The notes: generated by a model from the sequence alone, not told the origin. Shown: positions 53,222 to 64,000, counted from the stretch's first letter. The stretch is 64,000 nt of DNA from an uncultured Spirochaetota bacterium (GCA_963835575.1 CAWIGG010000003.1:224001-288000), one strand, 5' to 3'. A program made the numbers and translations.

Positions 53222-53334
53222 TCCCCACTGCCGATCCGTCCGGGATATCCAGGAGATCTTTCCAGGACGATATCGACCTGGTTGCCAGATTCCCGGACGG
53301 ATCCCCTCACAGGGTTAAAAAGACGGCCATACAA

Positions 53335-53858
53335 CTACTTTGTTTTTTTATTCATCCAAGATTTAATATTTAAAAAATCAATTTTAAAAAACTTTAAAAT
53401 CTCAAATATTAATACGAAAATACCAACAATGTCAATAACAATACCCAATACTTTATAATTATATATGTATATTAATATGCCGACTGCAATTATGATACAA
53501 GTTATTGCTATAATAAGTATTTTGCGGAAAAAAGTAAGCACTTTACTAAAAAACAAGTTACGCTTTTCTCTTTTATCCGATTTCTTTTTTTCATCTGATC
53601 TATATTTATCAAGTTCCAATTTTTGAGTTTGTAATTCTCTTTTTAATATTTCGATTTCCTCTTCATTTTTCTGGGCTTTATATTTAAATAATTCTTGTTC
53701 TTGAATATATTTGTCCAAACTTTTTTCGGTGATAGAACTTAAAGTATTATTTAAATCATATTCAGTAATATCTTCAGGTTTTTTTGTCTGTTTTCTAAGA
53801 GCTACAATATTAGCTTTTGCTTGTTCTTCAGACATATTACCTTTTTTATATTCATCCT
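53335..53858 (-). pseudogene. 3' remnant of a coiled-coil/2-TM protein gene, apparently truncated by a MITE
   Basis: Frame is open up to the MITE end; no clear SD. Confidence 0.5.
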
Positions 53859-54109
53859 GGGGTCCCCGCAGAATTCGGGAAATTTAGTACGCTAAGGGAT
53901 AAAATATTGCTGTAAGGGCCGTGTTTGCTATATTTTTGGCACATTGCTATATCCATATTTCAGCAACAAGATACCCGGTTTTATCCCTTAGATTCGGCGA
54001 TTTTACTATGTTTTTAGGGCTATTTCTCCCCTCCATGTTGCTATTTTAGTAGATTTTAGCAACATGCTATCGTTAGCGTGCTGTTTTGCCCGAATTCTGC
54101 GTTCACCCC
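53859..54109. mobile_element. 251-bp Tn3-type MITE, second family
   Basis: IRs GGGGTCCCCGCAGAATTCGGGAAATTTAGTACGCTAAG / GGGGTGAACGCAGAATTCGGGCAAAACAGCACGCTAAC. Confidence 0.8.
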
Positions 54110-55271
54110 TTTCAGGACAATGGATTGACAGGCTAAGAAAACAGGTTCCCATGAGATATCTTGTTCTTGATATGGATAGTTCTGTAAGCGAAACCTATGG
54201 CAGACAGGATGGGACAGCATATAACGGACATTTTGGATGTACTTGTTATCATCCTCTTTTTTGTTTCAACCAGTTTGGAGATGTCGAGTTTGCACTGCTG
54301 AGGGAAGGTAATGTACACAGCGCTAAGGACTGGAAAACAGTACTGGAACCAATAGTTTCCCGTTATCGTAATTGAAAGTTTCCACATTACTTCAGGGGTG
54401 ATGCCGGCTTTGCCAAGCCGGAGATTTATGAGTACCTGGAATCAGAACACTTCAGGTATGCGATCCGCTTGCCAGCCAATGACGTCCTGCATCGTGAAAT
54501 CGATCATCTCATGACAAGGCCGGTAGGACGGCCATCACATGCACCAGTTGTCTGGTATCATGAATTCCAGTACAAGGCTGCAGTATGGAATCGGAATCGC
54601 CGGGTAATAGCAAAAGTTGAATGGCACCAGGGGGAACTATTCCCCCGTGTTGGATTTATTGTAACAAATCTTCGATCCAAAAAGAGGAAAGTTGTCCGTT
54701 TTTACAATATGAGAGGAACAGCGGAACAATGGATCAAGGAGGGCAAGAATGCGGTAAAGTGGACACGTTTATCGTGCCATGACTTTATCGATAATCATGT
54801 CCGGCTCCAGTTATTTGTTCTTGCTTACAATCTTGGGAACTTCTTTCGAAAGTCAGCATTACCCAGGTCAATGCGACATTGGACAATGACAACTCTCAGG
54901 GAGAAACTGATCAAAATCGGCGCTAAAATCGTACGACATGCCCGATATATAGTCTTTCAGATGGCCGAAGTTGCGGTTTCGCAAGAGATGTTCGCCGCTA
55001 TTCTTGGAAGAATTGGCAGACTACGGCTCCTTTTTGGAGTTGGCGAATAACAAGATTAAAAACAGAAAAAAGATAATTTATACAAGGGATTACTGTCGGG
55101 TTTTTGTAAAAAGGTTATCAGAAAATTGCCCGAAATCTGATATTATAAAAACTATGAAGGAATTTCATGAAAAGAAAACCTGAAATTGCCATTGACAAGG
55201 TTATTTTGCGGTTTTATAATAAGAAAATCTCTCAAAAGGGAGAATACTGTAAGTCATTTGGGAAATATCGG
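54110..55271 (+). pseudogene. 5'-truncated IS1380-family element with an internal stop; right end near 55271
   Basis: LDMDSS, CYHPLF, RGDAGF, RGTAEQWIKEGK; TGA at 54373. Confidence 0.85.
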
Positions 55272-55349
55272 ATAAATATTATTTATTTTTTTCATTTTTC
55301 ACATATTTGAATCGTATTATATATAGAAGCATAAAACGGAGGATTTTTA

Positions 55350-57812
55350 ATGAAGAAACTGTTTTTTATCCCGGTATTGGCTGTCATATTAACGGCCGGC
55401 TGCGCTGTTATTCCCGGAGGTCCTTCCGGCTCTAACAGTTCTTCGGCATCAAGCAGTCCTTCCCAGGTCATCTACCCAAACTATATTCTGGAAATCACTT
55501 ACTGCAGTCCCGGCCCTGATGGGACCTGGTTTACAACGGATGACATCGCCCTGGAGTACCAGATTTATTTTAATAATAATCAGGATAATATATTGTACTC
55601 AACCGGACCCGACCATATTCCTTTTACTTCCGACGATTATATTGAAGGCTACTGGACCAATATAGGCGGCTACAGCGGCAAATGGTGCAACGGTCCGGGC
55701 CCTGACGGTATATGGTTCACCGCCGACGACCATGTCGAACATGCAGAAAGATGGGACATAAAACCAAACCTTATCTATTCCAACCAGGGATCGGACGGGA
55801 CCTGGCTGACAGGCGACGATATTCAATCGGGGTATTATCAGGATACTCTTGACGCGTACGGCGATATTACCAAACGCATCCGCTATGGTGGTAAGGGCCT
55901 TGACAACACTTGGCAGACTGCTGACGACACTTTAGGACAGGATTGGTTCGGAACATACTGGAAAGCCGACTATGACGGCGATAAACAGGGCATATACTGG
56001 GCCTGGACGCATTACTCTTCATACGATTCTAACGATAATTTGAGAGAATTTCGTCTTCATGTATTTTCAGCCGGCTCGAAATTTTATACCCGGGAGTATC
56101 TTTTTACGAACGCGGGGCCGGACGGCGTCATGTTTACCGGCGATGATCCTCTGGCCTATTACAAAATCGCCATTAAATATGATTCCTTTCCGACAAACTT
56201 GAACGATAGTTCGGCAAATGTCGATCCCGCAAATATCGGAGATTTAGAGGTTTCCGGTGTTCCCGACGGCAGCCATCCATTTACCAATTCCAGGGTCTTC
56301 GGTTTTTCACAGATAGGAAATTCTCAGGAAGATCCGCAGGTTTTCACGCTTTGTCCGGACGTCAATATGCGCGCATGGCAGAAATGGGATATTTGGGGAA
56401 CGAATACCAGCGATTACAGCCAGGCCTATATCAATAAATGCCGGAGCAGCAATATCCTTTTCATTGCCGGAGGAACGATGTCGATCGTGTTCAGAGACGA
56501 AGCGGCAAATGACGCCCAGTTCCAGGATTGGGCCACAAGGGATGCAGGGGGAAATCTTATGGAACATGCGGGGATCTCGCCGGGAGCCTATAGGGGTTCT
56601 ATGGCTAATCCTTCTTTCCGTGCGCATGTCCTGGAATATTTAAAAAAACAAATCGATCTGGGCGTTGACGGTTTATTCCTGGATGAATTGGACGGCGGTT
56701 ATTACGGCAATGAAGGATACGATGATTATTTTATCAGGGACTTTAACCGTTATCTTATGAATAAATATCCCGGATATACCAGGAATGACTGGATCCAAAA
56801 TTTCGGTATGACATCGAATAATGTAATCCGCAGGGACATCCCCTACTCTGATTTATACGGAAATTTTAATTACCGTAAATATCTTGAACAAAAAGGCTGG
56901 AATGGAAATCCAGGAACAGCGGCAAATCCTCTGGCTCCCGAATGGGGTTATCCTGTTGCAAACCGCTTCGATATTCATGACACAAGTTTTACCGGGAAAT
57001 ATGTGGGGCTTTATATTAAAGATATTATGGTTTCGCTTCGGAAATACGCGAGGGATAAATATTCCAGGGAGCTTTTGATCACAGCTAATGGAATTTTTCC
57101 ATGGATGGATTTCAACAGTCTGGGGATGTATGATGGCAATCATGATGATTATGGTATGGTAAACGCGGATTATGTTCCGGTCCAAGGCGGACATCTCAAC
57201 GGTTCTAAATCGCTGAAAACCGTCTATTTGAAAATGCTGGCGAAAAGCCGGGATGTTTCAGGCAATGTGCCGCTGGTCCTCTTTATGGACTGGCCCAATA
57301 TTATGATTAACGGTTACTATAATCTGTCCCTTGCTGAAAAGGAGGATTTCTGGCGGATCTACGCGGCCGAGGCCTATTCCTGCGGCCTGCAGTTTGCCTT
57401 CCATCTCCGGACGGTTATACCTTCCGAACCGACGGCTACAGATTCCGGAATACTTTCTTTCCTCGCGGATTACTCACGGTTTTATCAACAGAACGCGGGA
57501 TTATACCGGAACGTGACGAACACAGGAATTTCTGCTTCAACCGGAGCCAAGACCAATATTGCCTGCAATCTGACTTACCAGCCTGATAAAGACCGATATA
57601 TTCTGCATCTTGTAAACCATAATTATAACAATCAGATCATGCCGCAATCGGCTTTTACCGTTTCTCTTAATCTGGACCGCAGCCCGACAAACATAACGCT
57701 GATTTCGCCGGATACGAATATCACGCAAAATTTGTCATTTACAAAGGCTGGAAGTTTATTACAGATCAATGTGGACAATATTGATTTTTATGATGTGTTG
57801 ATAATCGAATAG
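55350..57812 (+). CDS. Lipoprotein with GPDGxWxTxDD repeats and a putative glycoside-hydrolase TIM barrel
   Basis: Lipobox LTAGC; GVDGLFLDE motif. Confidence 0.65.
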   Translation: MKKLFFIPVLAVILTAGCAVIPGGPSGSNSSSASSSPSQVIYPNYILEITYCSPGPDGTWFTTDDIALEYQIYFNNNQDNILYSTGPDHIPFTSDDYIEGYWTNIGGYSGKWCNGPGPDGIWFTADDHVEHAERWDIKPNLIYSNQGSDGTWLTGDDIQSGYYQDTLDAYGDITKRIRYGGKGLDNTWQTADDTLGQDWFGTYWKADYDGDKQGIYWAWTHYSSYDSNDNLREFRLHVFSAGSKFYTREYLFTNAGPDGVMFTGDDPLAYYKIAIKYDSFPTNLNDSSANVDPANIGDLEVSGVPDGSHPFTNSRVFGFSQIGNSQEDPQVFTLCPDVNMRAWQKWDIWGTNTSDYSQAYINKCRSSNILFIAGGTMSIVFRDEAANDAQFQDWATRDAGGNLMEHAGISPGAYRGSMANPSFRAHVLEYLKKQIDLGVDGLFLDELDGGYYGNEGYDDYFIRDFNRYLMNKYPGYTRNDWIQNFGMTSNNVIRRDIPYSDLYGNFNYRKYLEQKGWNGNPGTAANPLAPEWGYPVANRFDIHDTSFTGKYVGLYIKDIMVSLRKYARDKYSRELLITANGIFPWMDFNSLGMYDGNHDDYGMVNADYVPVQGGHLNGSKSLKTVYLKMLAKSRDVSGNVPLVLFMDWPNIMINGYYNLSLAEKEDFWRIYAAEAYSCGLQFAFHLRTVIPSEPTATDSGILSFLADYSRFYQQNAGLYRNVTNTGISASTGAKTNIACNLTYQPDKDRYILHLVNHNYNNQIMPQSAFTVSLNLDRSPTNITLISPDTNITQNLSFTKAGSLLQINVDNIDFYDVLIIE

Positions 57813-57823
57813 GGATAAATTGG

Positions 57824-57864
57824 GCTGTCCCAAAGGTTTCACGCTTTTGGGACAACTTTTTTTT
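57824..57864 (+). terminator. Intrinsic terminator
   Basis: TGTCCCAAA...TTTGGGACA followed by a T-run. Confidence 0.7.
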
Positions 57865-57976
57865 ATTTCAAAATAATTTTCCCCCATCAATTAATTAAAG
57901 AAATATTTTTCAATTTTTTCAATTTTTACATATTTGAATCGTATTATATACAGAAGCATTAACAGGAGGATTTCAA

Positions 57977-60900
57977 ATGAAGAAGCTGATATTTTTTGTT
58001 CCGGTATTAGCTGTTATATTACTAACCGGCTGTGTACTGATGCCGTCCGGCAATAACAGCCGGAACAATAATGGTAATATTGCCGACACAACTACCAGCT
58101 GGAACTTTATCACCGGCAAGACCGGGAGTAAGACCGTCATGACGCGTGTGGATGGAAATTATTCGGCGGGCGTCAACATCGGAATGGACAAATACGCTTC
58201 CATATCCGTTTTGAGCGAAATAAAAAGCAAAGCTTCCAGAGACCTGCTGAATGGGGCTAAAAATCTTCTTTTTGACGGGACCAACTCCACACCCCCCGGC
58301 TACTCCTGCGCTTTTGAGTACAACAGCGATTATTATATGCTCTTCGGATACAGCCAGGGTATCTTTAAACTCTATAAATACTCCAGTGAGGATGATACAA
58401 ATGTTTACTTTACATCCAGTTCTCTCTGGGATTTTTCCCAGGTCAGCAATATCATCAATTCGGCTCCTTATAATAGTATGCAGACGCCATGGATATTATG
58501 CCCGACATACAATGACGCAAGAAAAACGTTCTATTTCACGCTCTGCTATTGGGTGCATAATACAGTTAAAGGGGATTATATCAAGATCAGAATATATGAG
58601 TCCAAACTTCAGGGCTCCGCTTTCGGACCGGCCTCAGAACTAAGGGGCACAATTAACCCCTTCCATCCCATTCATTACCTGAACGGACAGTGGCACAGCG
58701 AAAATGACTTTAGCGGACGGGGCGGACTCTGGTGGGTCGGCAGGATGTATGTGACCCAGGACGGTAAAAAGGTTTATTTCAACTGCATGAACCTTAACGG
58801 GGATAATACCGTCATGAAGCAGACTTCGCCTTTTATTCCCCCTCTGCCGAATGCCAATGATCTGGCCGGTTCGGGAATATCCGATATGTTTGACCCGCGG
58901 ATGATCCGGACATATGTCTGTTCGGCTGACATACTGGACGACGGTACCCTGACGAACGTCCGGCAGCTTCCTTCAAGCATCAACCGCGGAGGCGTCAACT
59001 TTGTCTGCGATATCTCGCCCGACGGATCGACGCTCTATATAGCGCATATGAATATGGATGCCGCCGGCTGGGCAGCCCTCTGGGCGGCCGGCTGGGGCCC
59101 AGACGGTTTGGTCCTTCAATGCTGTCAACAGCTTGCCTCAGATGTACAGTACTGGAACGGCACTATTGAGGCAATGAGTTCAATTGTGCCTACAGGAAGC
59201 CTGACTCTGGAATTATTGTTTGACGGTTACATCGCCGACACAAGCGGTTTTAATCAGCCCTTTACCGTAAACGGGACCGTTCTGACCAACGATAGGAATA
59301 ATAATCCGAAAAACGCCAGTTATTTTAACGGCGTCAGCGATTATATCACCATTCCGGATTTGAGAAATACGGCGTCCTTTACATACAGCTGCTGGTATTA
59401 CTATATCTCCAATACCGGGAACTGGGACAGGCTTCTCTATTTCGGAAAGGATTCCGACAATAATATCAGCCTGCATATCCGGAATCAGGGAGGCGCCTAT
59501 CTGCAGTACTGGTATAATTATAATAATAACCTCGCCTCAAGCGTTATCAGTTCGACCGTAATGCAAACGAACCAGTGGTACCATATCGCGCTTGTCGTGG
59601 ATTCCCAGGCAAAGACCAGCTCTTTATACATCAACGGAAATCTTGACGCTTCAAGCGCCTGGGCACTCGACCATACGCCTGCGGACTTGGGAGCCTGCTC
59701 TGAAAACTATATAGGAAGAATCGGCAATGATTATTTAAAGGGCATTCTGGACGATATCCGGTTTTATAACCGCGCCCTTAATTCCAGCGAGATCGCTAAA
59801 TTATGGGGCGGGCCTGTTACTACCAACGGTTCCGACTCAAGGCTGCCGGACATACCTGATGATCAACTGGTTCATAACGGGAACCCGAATAATTATAATG
59901 TCTATATATTAACAGGGGATTCCCTTTCCAACGAATCCGTTACGGTGAACAACCTCGCCGTCGATACCTCAACCGTCGGATCGATATCGGCATCCGTCCA
60001 GAATATCCTCAATTCCAAAAACACATTGACGGTGGTATCCGAGACTTACTCGCCGTCCCCCGACTATGTCATTGACTATACCGGCCCGGCTAAACAGGTT
60101 TCCGACACTTATTACGGCGTCAACATACAGATCATAAGCCACCGGTTTTTCACTCTGCCGAAGTATAAAGAACTGATCAGGAATATCAAAGTGGATATAG
60201 CCCGTTTTCCCGGCGGCCAGGAAAAGGTCCGCTATGACCGGAATGATCCATCCTCGGACAATGATGAACTGGGTACAAACGGGCCGTACCAATTTAAATT
60301 GACAGGGGGAGATGTATCCAATTATATCGCTTTATGCCGCGAACTGAATATTCAGGCGGAACCGGAAGTCAATCTTTATAATGATAATGTTGACATGGAA
60401 AGCAATATGATCGACCAGATCGTGAACGGACTGGGATATGACCTTAAATATATTTCCGCCGGAAATGAACCTGATAATGACACCGCTAATTATATAGATG
60501 TATATAAACGCTACTTCCAGGCTATAAGAGCCGTCAAACCGGATGTCTCTTTTGCTTTTTCAGAACTTTGCTCCTGGGATAATCCGGATTTAAATAATTA
60601 CCTGGACAATATGCTGGGCCAGTTGAGCGGCTGCAACCCGGGAGCCCTTTCAGTCCACTGGTATATGCTCGGCGATCATGGACAGGATCCGAACTCGCCC
60701 GATTATCCTTCCATTGAACATCTGGTTATCCGGAATAACAGCCACATTGAAATATCCTACCTTTCAAATATCTATTTAACAATGAAACAGAAAAGGGACC
60801 AATATATACCGGGCAGCAAGCTTTTTATCGGAGAATTTAACGCATGCTGGAGCGCTACGCCGGCATCTGTAGTAATACAAGATTCCCTGGCAACGGCCAT

Positions 60901-61291
60901 ATATACGGCAGAGGTTTTTGAATACGGCAAAAAGCTCGGTTTCGATTCCATGCAGTATTTCAGCCTGTCGGACCCTCTGGAATGGGATTTATGGAAACCG
61001 GCATTAATCGCCGTTAAAAACGACTATGATACCATGGTCGTCAGGCCCCAGTATTATGTCCGGATGTTCTACAAATATGTTTGCGGCGATAAATTTGTCG
61101 ATATCGCCGATAATCAAAAAGATGATTACTCAATTTACGCTTCCAAAGACAATAATTATAATTATCTCATGCTCATCAACCGGACGGAAGATAAAAACTA
61201 CAAAATGTATACAAGGGTCATCACTCAGCAGGGTACAAAATGCCTGAAGCTGATATTGCCCAAACATTCGGTAACGGCTATAAAGTTTTAA
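57977..61291 (+). CDS. Lipoprotein with LamG-like domain and clan GH-A glycoside hydrolase
   Basis: LTGC lipobox; WYHIALV...LDDIRFYNRAL; RFPGG, GNEP, IGEFN. Confidence 0.75.
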   Translation: MKKLIFFVPVLAVILLTGCVLMPSGNNSRNNNGNIADTTTSWNFITGKTGSKTVMTRVDGNYSAGVNIGMDKYASISVLSEIKSKASRDLLNGAKNLLFDGTNSTPPGYSCAFEYNSDYYMLFGYSQGIFKLYKYSSEDDTNVYFTSSSLWDFSQVSNIINSAPYNSMQTPWILCPTYNDARKTFYFTLCYWVHNTVKGDYIKIRIYESKLQGSAFGPASELRGTINPFHPIHYLNGQWHSENDFSGRGGLWWVGRMYVTQDGKKVYFNCMNLNGDNTVMKQTSPFIPPLPNANDLAGSGISDMFDPRMIRTYVCSADILDDGTLTNVRQLPSSINRGGVNFVCDISPDGSTLYIAHMNMDAAGWAALWAAGWGPDGLVLQCCQQLASDVQYWNGTIEAMSSIVPTGSLTLELLFDGYIADTSGFNQPFTVNGTVLTNDRNNNPKNASYFNGVSDYITIPDLRNTASFTYSCWYYYISNTGNWDRLLYFGKDSDNNISLHIRNQGGAYLQYWYNYNNNLASSVISSTVMQTNQWYHIALVVDSQAKTSSLYINGNLDASSAWALDHTPADLGACSENYIGRIGNDYLKGILDDIRFYNRALNSSEIAKLWGGPVTTNGSDSRLPDIPDDQLVHNGNPNNYNVYILTGDSLSNESVTVNNLAVDTSTVGSISASVQNILNSKNTLTVVSETYSPSPDYVIDYTGPAKQVSDTYYGVNIQIISHRFFTLPKYKELIRNIKVDIARFPGGQEKVRYDRNDPSSDNDELGTNGPYQFKLTGGDVSNYIALCRELNIQAEPEVNLYNDNVDMESNMIDQIVNGLGYDLKYISAGNEPDNDTANYIDVYKRYFQAIRAVKPDVSFAFSELCSWDNPDLNNYLDNMLGQLSGCNPGALSVHWYMLGDHGQDPNSPDYPSIEHLVIRNNSHIEISYLSNIYLTMKQKRDQYIPGSKLFIGEFNACWSATPASVVIQDSLATAIYTAEVFEYGKKLGFDSMQYFSLSDPLEWDLWKPALIAVKNDYDTMVVRPQYYVRMFYKYVCGDKFVDIADNQKDDYSIYASKDNNYNYLMLINRTEDKNYKMYTRVITQQGTKCLKLILPKHSVTAIKF

Positions 61292-61311
61292 TATTAAACA
61301 TTCATTATAAC

Positions 61312-61346
61312 GAAACAGGGTTGGATACTATGTCCAACCCTGTTTC
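61312..61346. terminator. Strong hairpin terminator
   Basis: GAAACAGGGTTGGA-N7-TCCAACCCTGTTTC. Confidence 0.75.
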
Positions 61347-61373
61347 TATTAAAGATCAGTATTAATCCTTGAA

Positions 61374-61578
61374 GGGGTCCCGCCAACATTTCCGACAAAA
61401 CCCCCTCTAAGTGATTTTCTTAGCATACTATTTTTCCCGAATTCTGCGTCAATTATTTCTTTGATAATAGGTTGCCTTCCCTTTCCCCATTCTTTTATAA
61501 GACCCAAACCGATTAATTTATCAAAATCTTTTGCTCTGGTTGGGGTCAGCTCACGAAACGGGAAAAATCGTAGCTAAG
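61374..61578. mobile_element. Cluster of Tn3-type ends (61374-61411 +, partial 61419-61449 -, 61542-61578 +)
   Basis: GGGG...CTAAG pattern; 61542 resembles the end at 42183. Confidence 0.65.
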
Positions 61579-61598
61579 GTTTAAAGTTACTTAAGATA

Positions 61599-63023
61599 TT
61601 ATATTTTTAGTTCATTTGGTATTAAAGGAAGTTCAATAATAAAAGTGGACCCATTATTCTTACTCTCAACTCTGATAATACCACCAAACATTTCAATTAC
61701 TCTTTTAGAAATAGATAACCCGACTCCAGTCCCTGGATAGTTAGTTAACTTACTATCCTTTATCCTGAAAAATCGGTCAAAAATCTTTTCTTGATTTTCA
61801 ATACTGATACCAATACCAGTATCAATCACTTCTATGAAAGCTTTATTTTGAATAATTTTAGAAATAATGGATACAGTTCCAGTTTCTGTAAATTTAACAG
61901 CATTTTCAACAATATTAAATAATGCCAGATATATTAATTCTTTATCCACCATAACTTTTGCATTAGAAAGACCATCTTGATTATTAAAAAGTATATTCTT
62001 ACTTTCGGCAAGTGAGGTAAGATTTTCAAAAACCTGATTTATGCTATGTTGCAATAGTATGGGCTCTTTGGAAAAGTTAGCACTTTCCTCCAACCTTGCT
62101 AATAGGAGAAGTTTATTAATCAAGGTCTGAAGAAAAGCAGTTGATTCTAATAAATAATAAAAAGATTCTTTGAGATCATCATTAAGATCAGGGGAATTGA
62201 TTTGATTCTCAATTTTAATCCGGATGACTGATAAAGGGGTTTTTAATTCATGTGCTACATCTGAAATGAATTGTTTCTGGTGCTCAAACGACTTTTCAAT
62301 CCGGGATAAAAGATTATTGATTTCATCAGTCAATTGACCCAATTCATCTCCGGGATTCTCAAGAGGTATCCTTTCATGCAGGTTGTTAGTACTTATCCGG
62401 TTTGTCCTCACTATAATTGTCTTTATCGGTTTTAGAATTCTCCCGCCGAATAAATAGCCCACTATACCGATGAAACCAAGGAAGAGAAAAACACCAAGAA
62501 AATCAGCTATTGAAATTAATTGAAATTCCTTAAAATAATCATTGTATTTTACAGCTGTGATTATATAATAGTGAATTTTACTATTGAGAAAAACGGGTTC
62601 TATGCGGGTTCTGAAATATGACTGTTCGTCATGATTTTCTGGTTTACTCAAGCTAACTTTTGTGTTATGGATTCTTTTTGATTTTTTTAATGCTGAAGTC
62701 ATAATAAAATCTGAATCACTTAAAACAATAGGATTTATCTTTGCATAGGATGAAATATAAAGAATCTGTTTATCTGAAGAAAGGACCATTGTCCATCTAT
62801 CATCAATCAAGGATAAATCATCCGTTTCTTTAGTTATTATGAAGTCTTTATCCTTATCTAATTCAAAAATGTTAATTATCTCTTTAGTTAAATTTTTTAA
62901 TTCTTTATCCTCAGAATCGTAAGTGAGCTTAACGAATAGTGCTAGGACAAAAACACTAAAGATGATTATGATTGTTGCGCTCAATGCTATGTATAATAGT
63001 GAAATACGTGTTCTGATTTTCAT
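61599..63023 (-). CDS. HAMP sensor histidine kinase
   Basis: AHELKTPL, NAVKF, DTGIG, GTGVGL. Confidence 0.93.
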   Translation of the reverse strand: MKIRTRISLLYIALSATIIIIFSVFVLALFVKLTYDSEDKELKNLTKEIINIFELDKDKDFIITKETDDLSLIDDRWTMVLSSDKQILYISSYAKINPIVLSDSDFIMTSALKKSKRIHNTKVSLSKPENHDEQSYFRTRIEPVFLNSKIHYYIITAVKYNDYFKEFQLISIADFLGVFLFLGFIGIVGYLFGGRILKPIKTIIVRTNRISTNNLHERIPLENPGDELGQLTDEINNLLSRIEKSFEHQKQFISDVAHELKTPLSVIRIKIENQINSPDLNDDLKESFYYLLESTAFLQTLINKLLLLARLEESANFSKEPILLQHSINQVFENLTSLAESKNILFNNQDGLSNAKVMVDKELIYLALFNIVENAVKFTETGTVSIISKIIQNKAFIEVIDTGIGISIENQEKIFDRFFRIKDSKLTNYPGTGVGLSISKRVIEMFGGIIRVESKNNGSTFIIELPLIPNELKI

Positions 63024-63703
63024 TTCAGATCCTTATCAGTTAAAATAAATCCAAAACCTCTTTTTGTTTGAATGAGTGATTTTTCTTGAGTATCAATTTT
63101 TTTTCTCAAATTTTTAATATGAACATCAATGAAATTTGACATGGAAGTCTGGTCGAGTGATTCTCCCCATATATGTTCTCCAATATCTATTCTAGTTACC
63201 AACCGGTCTTTATTGTATGCTAAGAACTCAATGATTTCATACTCTTTTGGAGAAAGGCTAATCAATATTCCTTTACTCTTTGCTTGTTTGAGAGAAGTAT
63301 TGATTTCAAGATTGCTTATTATTATTATATTCTGACTGATTTTAAACTCCCTCCGTAAAAGGGATCTGATCCTGGCTAATAGTTCAGAAATTGCGAATGG
63401 TTTCGTTAAATAGTCTTCCGCACCAAGGTCCAAACCTTTCACTCTATCTTCCACTAAATTTTTTGCCGACAACATTAACACTGGGATAGAAAGAGAATTT
63501 TTCCTGATAGTTTTCAATACAGCAAAACCGTCGACTCCGGGAAGCATGATATCCAATATCATTAAATCAAAGAGAGATTCAAAGACTTTATCCAGAGCTT
63601 CTTCACCATTTGCAGCCCTTTCCACTAGGTATTTCTCACTGATCAGAGTATCAGCAATGCTTTTAGCTAAAAGCGGATCATCTTCAACTAATAAAATTTT
63701 CAT
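63020..63703 (-). CDS. OmpR/PhoB-family response regulator
   Basis: LVEDD, LDIMLP, KPF, TKRGFGF. Confidence 0.95.
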   Translation of the reverse strand: MKILLVEDDPLLAKSIADTLISEKYLVERAANGEEALDKVFESLFDLMILDIMLPGVDGFAVLKTIRKNSLSIPVLMLSAKNLVEDRVKGLDLGAEDYLTKPFAISELLARIRSLLRREFKISQNIIIISNLEINTSLKQAKSKGILISLSPKEYEIIEFLAYNKDRLVTRIDIGEHIWGESLDQTSMSNFIDVHIKNLRKKIDTQEKSLIQTKRGFGFILTDKDLK

Positions 63704-63765
63704 TTTATACCTATAAATTATTTAATAGTATTACACGCAGCATTTCATATTTCAAGTTTTTTAAC

Positions 63766-63782
63766 CTTCATTCAATCTTCAT
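63766..63782. promoter_or_regulatory. Possible OmpR-type direct-repeat box
   Basis: CTTCAT-tcaat-CTTCAT (11-bp period) upstream of TATAAT in the divergent promoter. Confidence 0.45.
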
Positions 63783-63822
63783 AGTAGTAAGTTATAATAT
63801 AAAAGATTTATAGGAGAGAATT

Positions 63823-64000
63823 ATGAGCCAATCCATAAGTAAAGATTCTAAATTCATGCTGAGTAAAGTTCCAGAAGTAACGATTTATTTCTGGATCATC
63901 AAAGTATTATGCACAACTGTTGGCGAGACTTTCTCTGATTTTCTGAACATTAATCTTGGTCTCGGTCTGACTTATACCTCAATTATTATGGGAGCCTTAT
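63823..64000 (+). CDS. COG4705/DUF347-like membrane protein, partial
   Basis: SKVPEVTIYFWIIKVLCTTVGETFSD; AGGAG SD. Confidence 0.8.
   Translation, partial: MSQSISKDSKFMLSKVPEVTIYFWIIKVLCTTVGETFSDFLNINLGLGLTYTSIIMGAL

Overview
Low-GC bacterial chromosomal window, possibly from a spirochaete (inference). The left third (4-17.4 kb) is a complete type I-B CRISPR-Cas locus on the - strand: cas6, two inserted genes, cas8b (with an internal Cas11 start), cas7, cas5, cas3, cas4, cas1, cas2, leader, and 52 repeats plus one degenerate repeat. From about 20 to 61.6 kb is an accessory island dense in IS elements (IS1182/IS5-like, IS21, IS66, 2x IS256, IS1380s), several with clear target-site duplications that let three disrupted genes be rebuilt. 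The most unusual part is 38-54 kb. It holds four mosaic copies of a small tyrosine recombinase, the intact one preceded by a Tn3-type 38-bp end and a TnpI/IRS-like site. It also holds about ten Tn3-type ends/MITEs with no Tn3 transposase, a family of small DARPin-like ankyrin genes with constant caps and variable binding positions, a probable orphan DGR target (FGE/CLec), a reversed groEL-groES pair and an AbiE toxin-antitoxin pair. Two lipoprotein glycosidase-like genes and an OmpR-type two-component system close the window. All calls were made by eye; no database searches were run.
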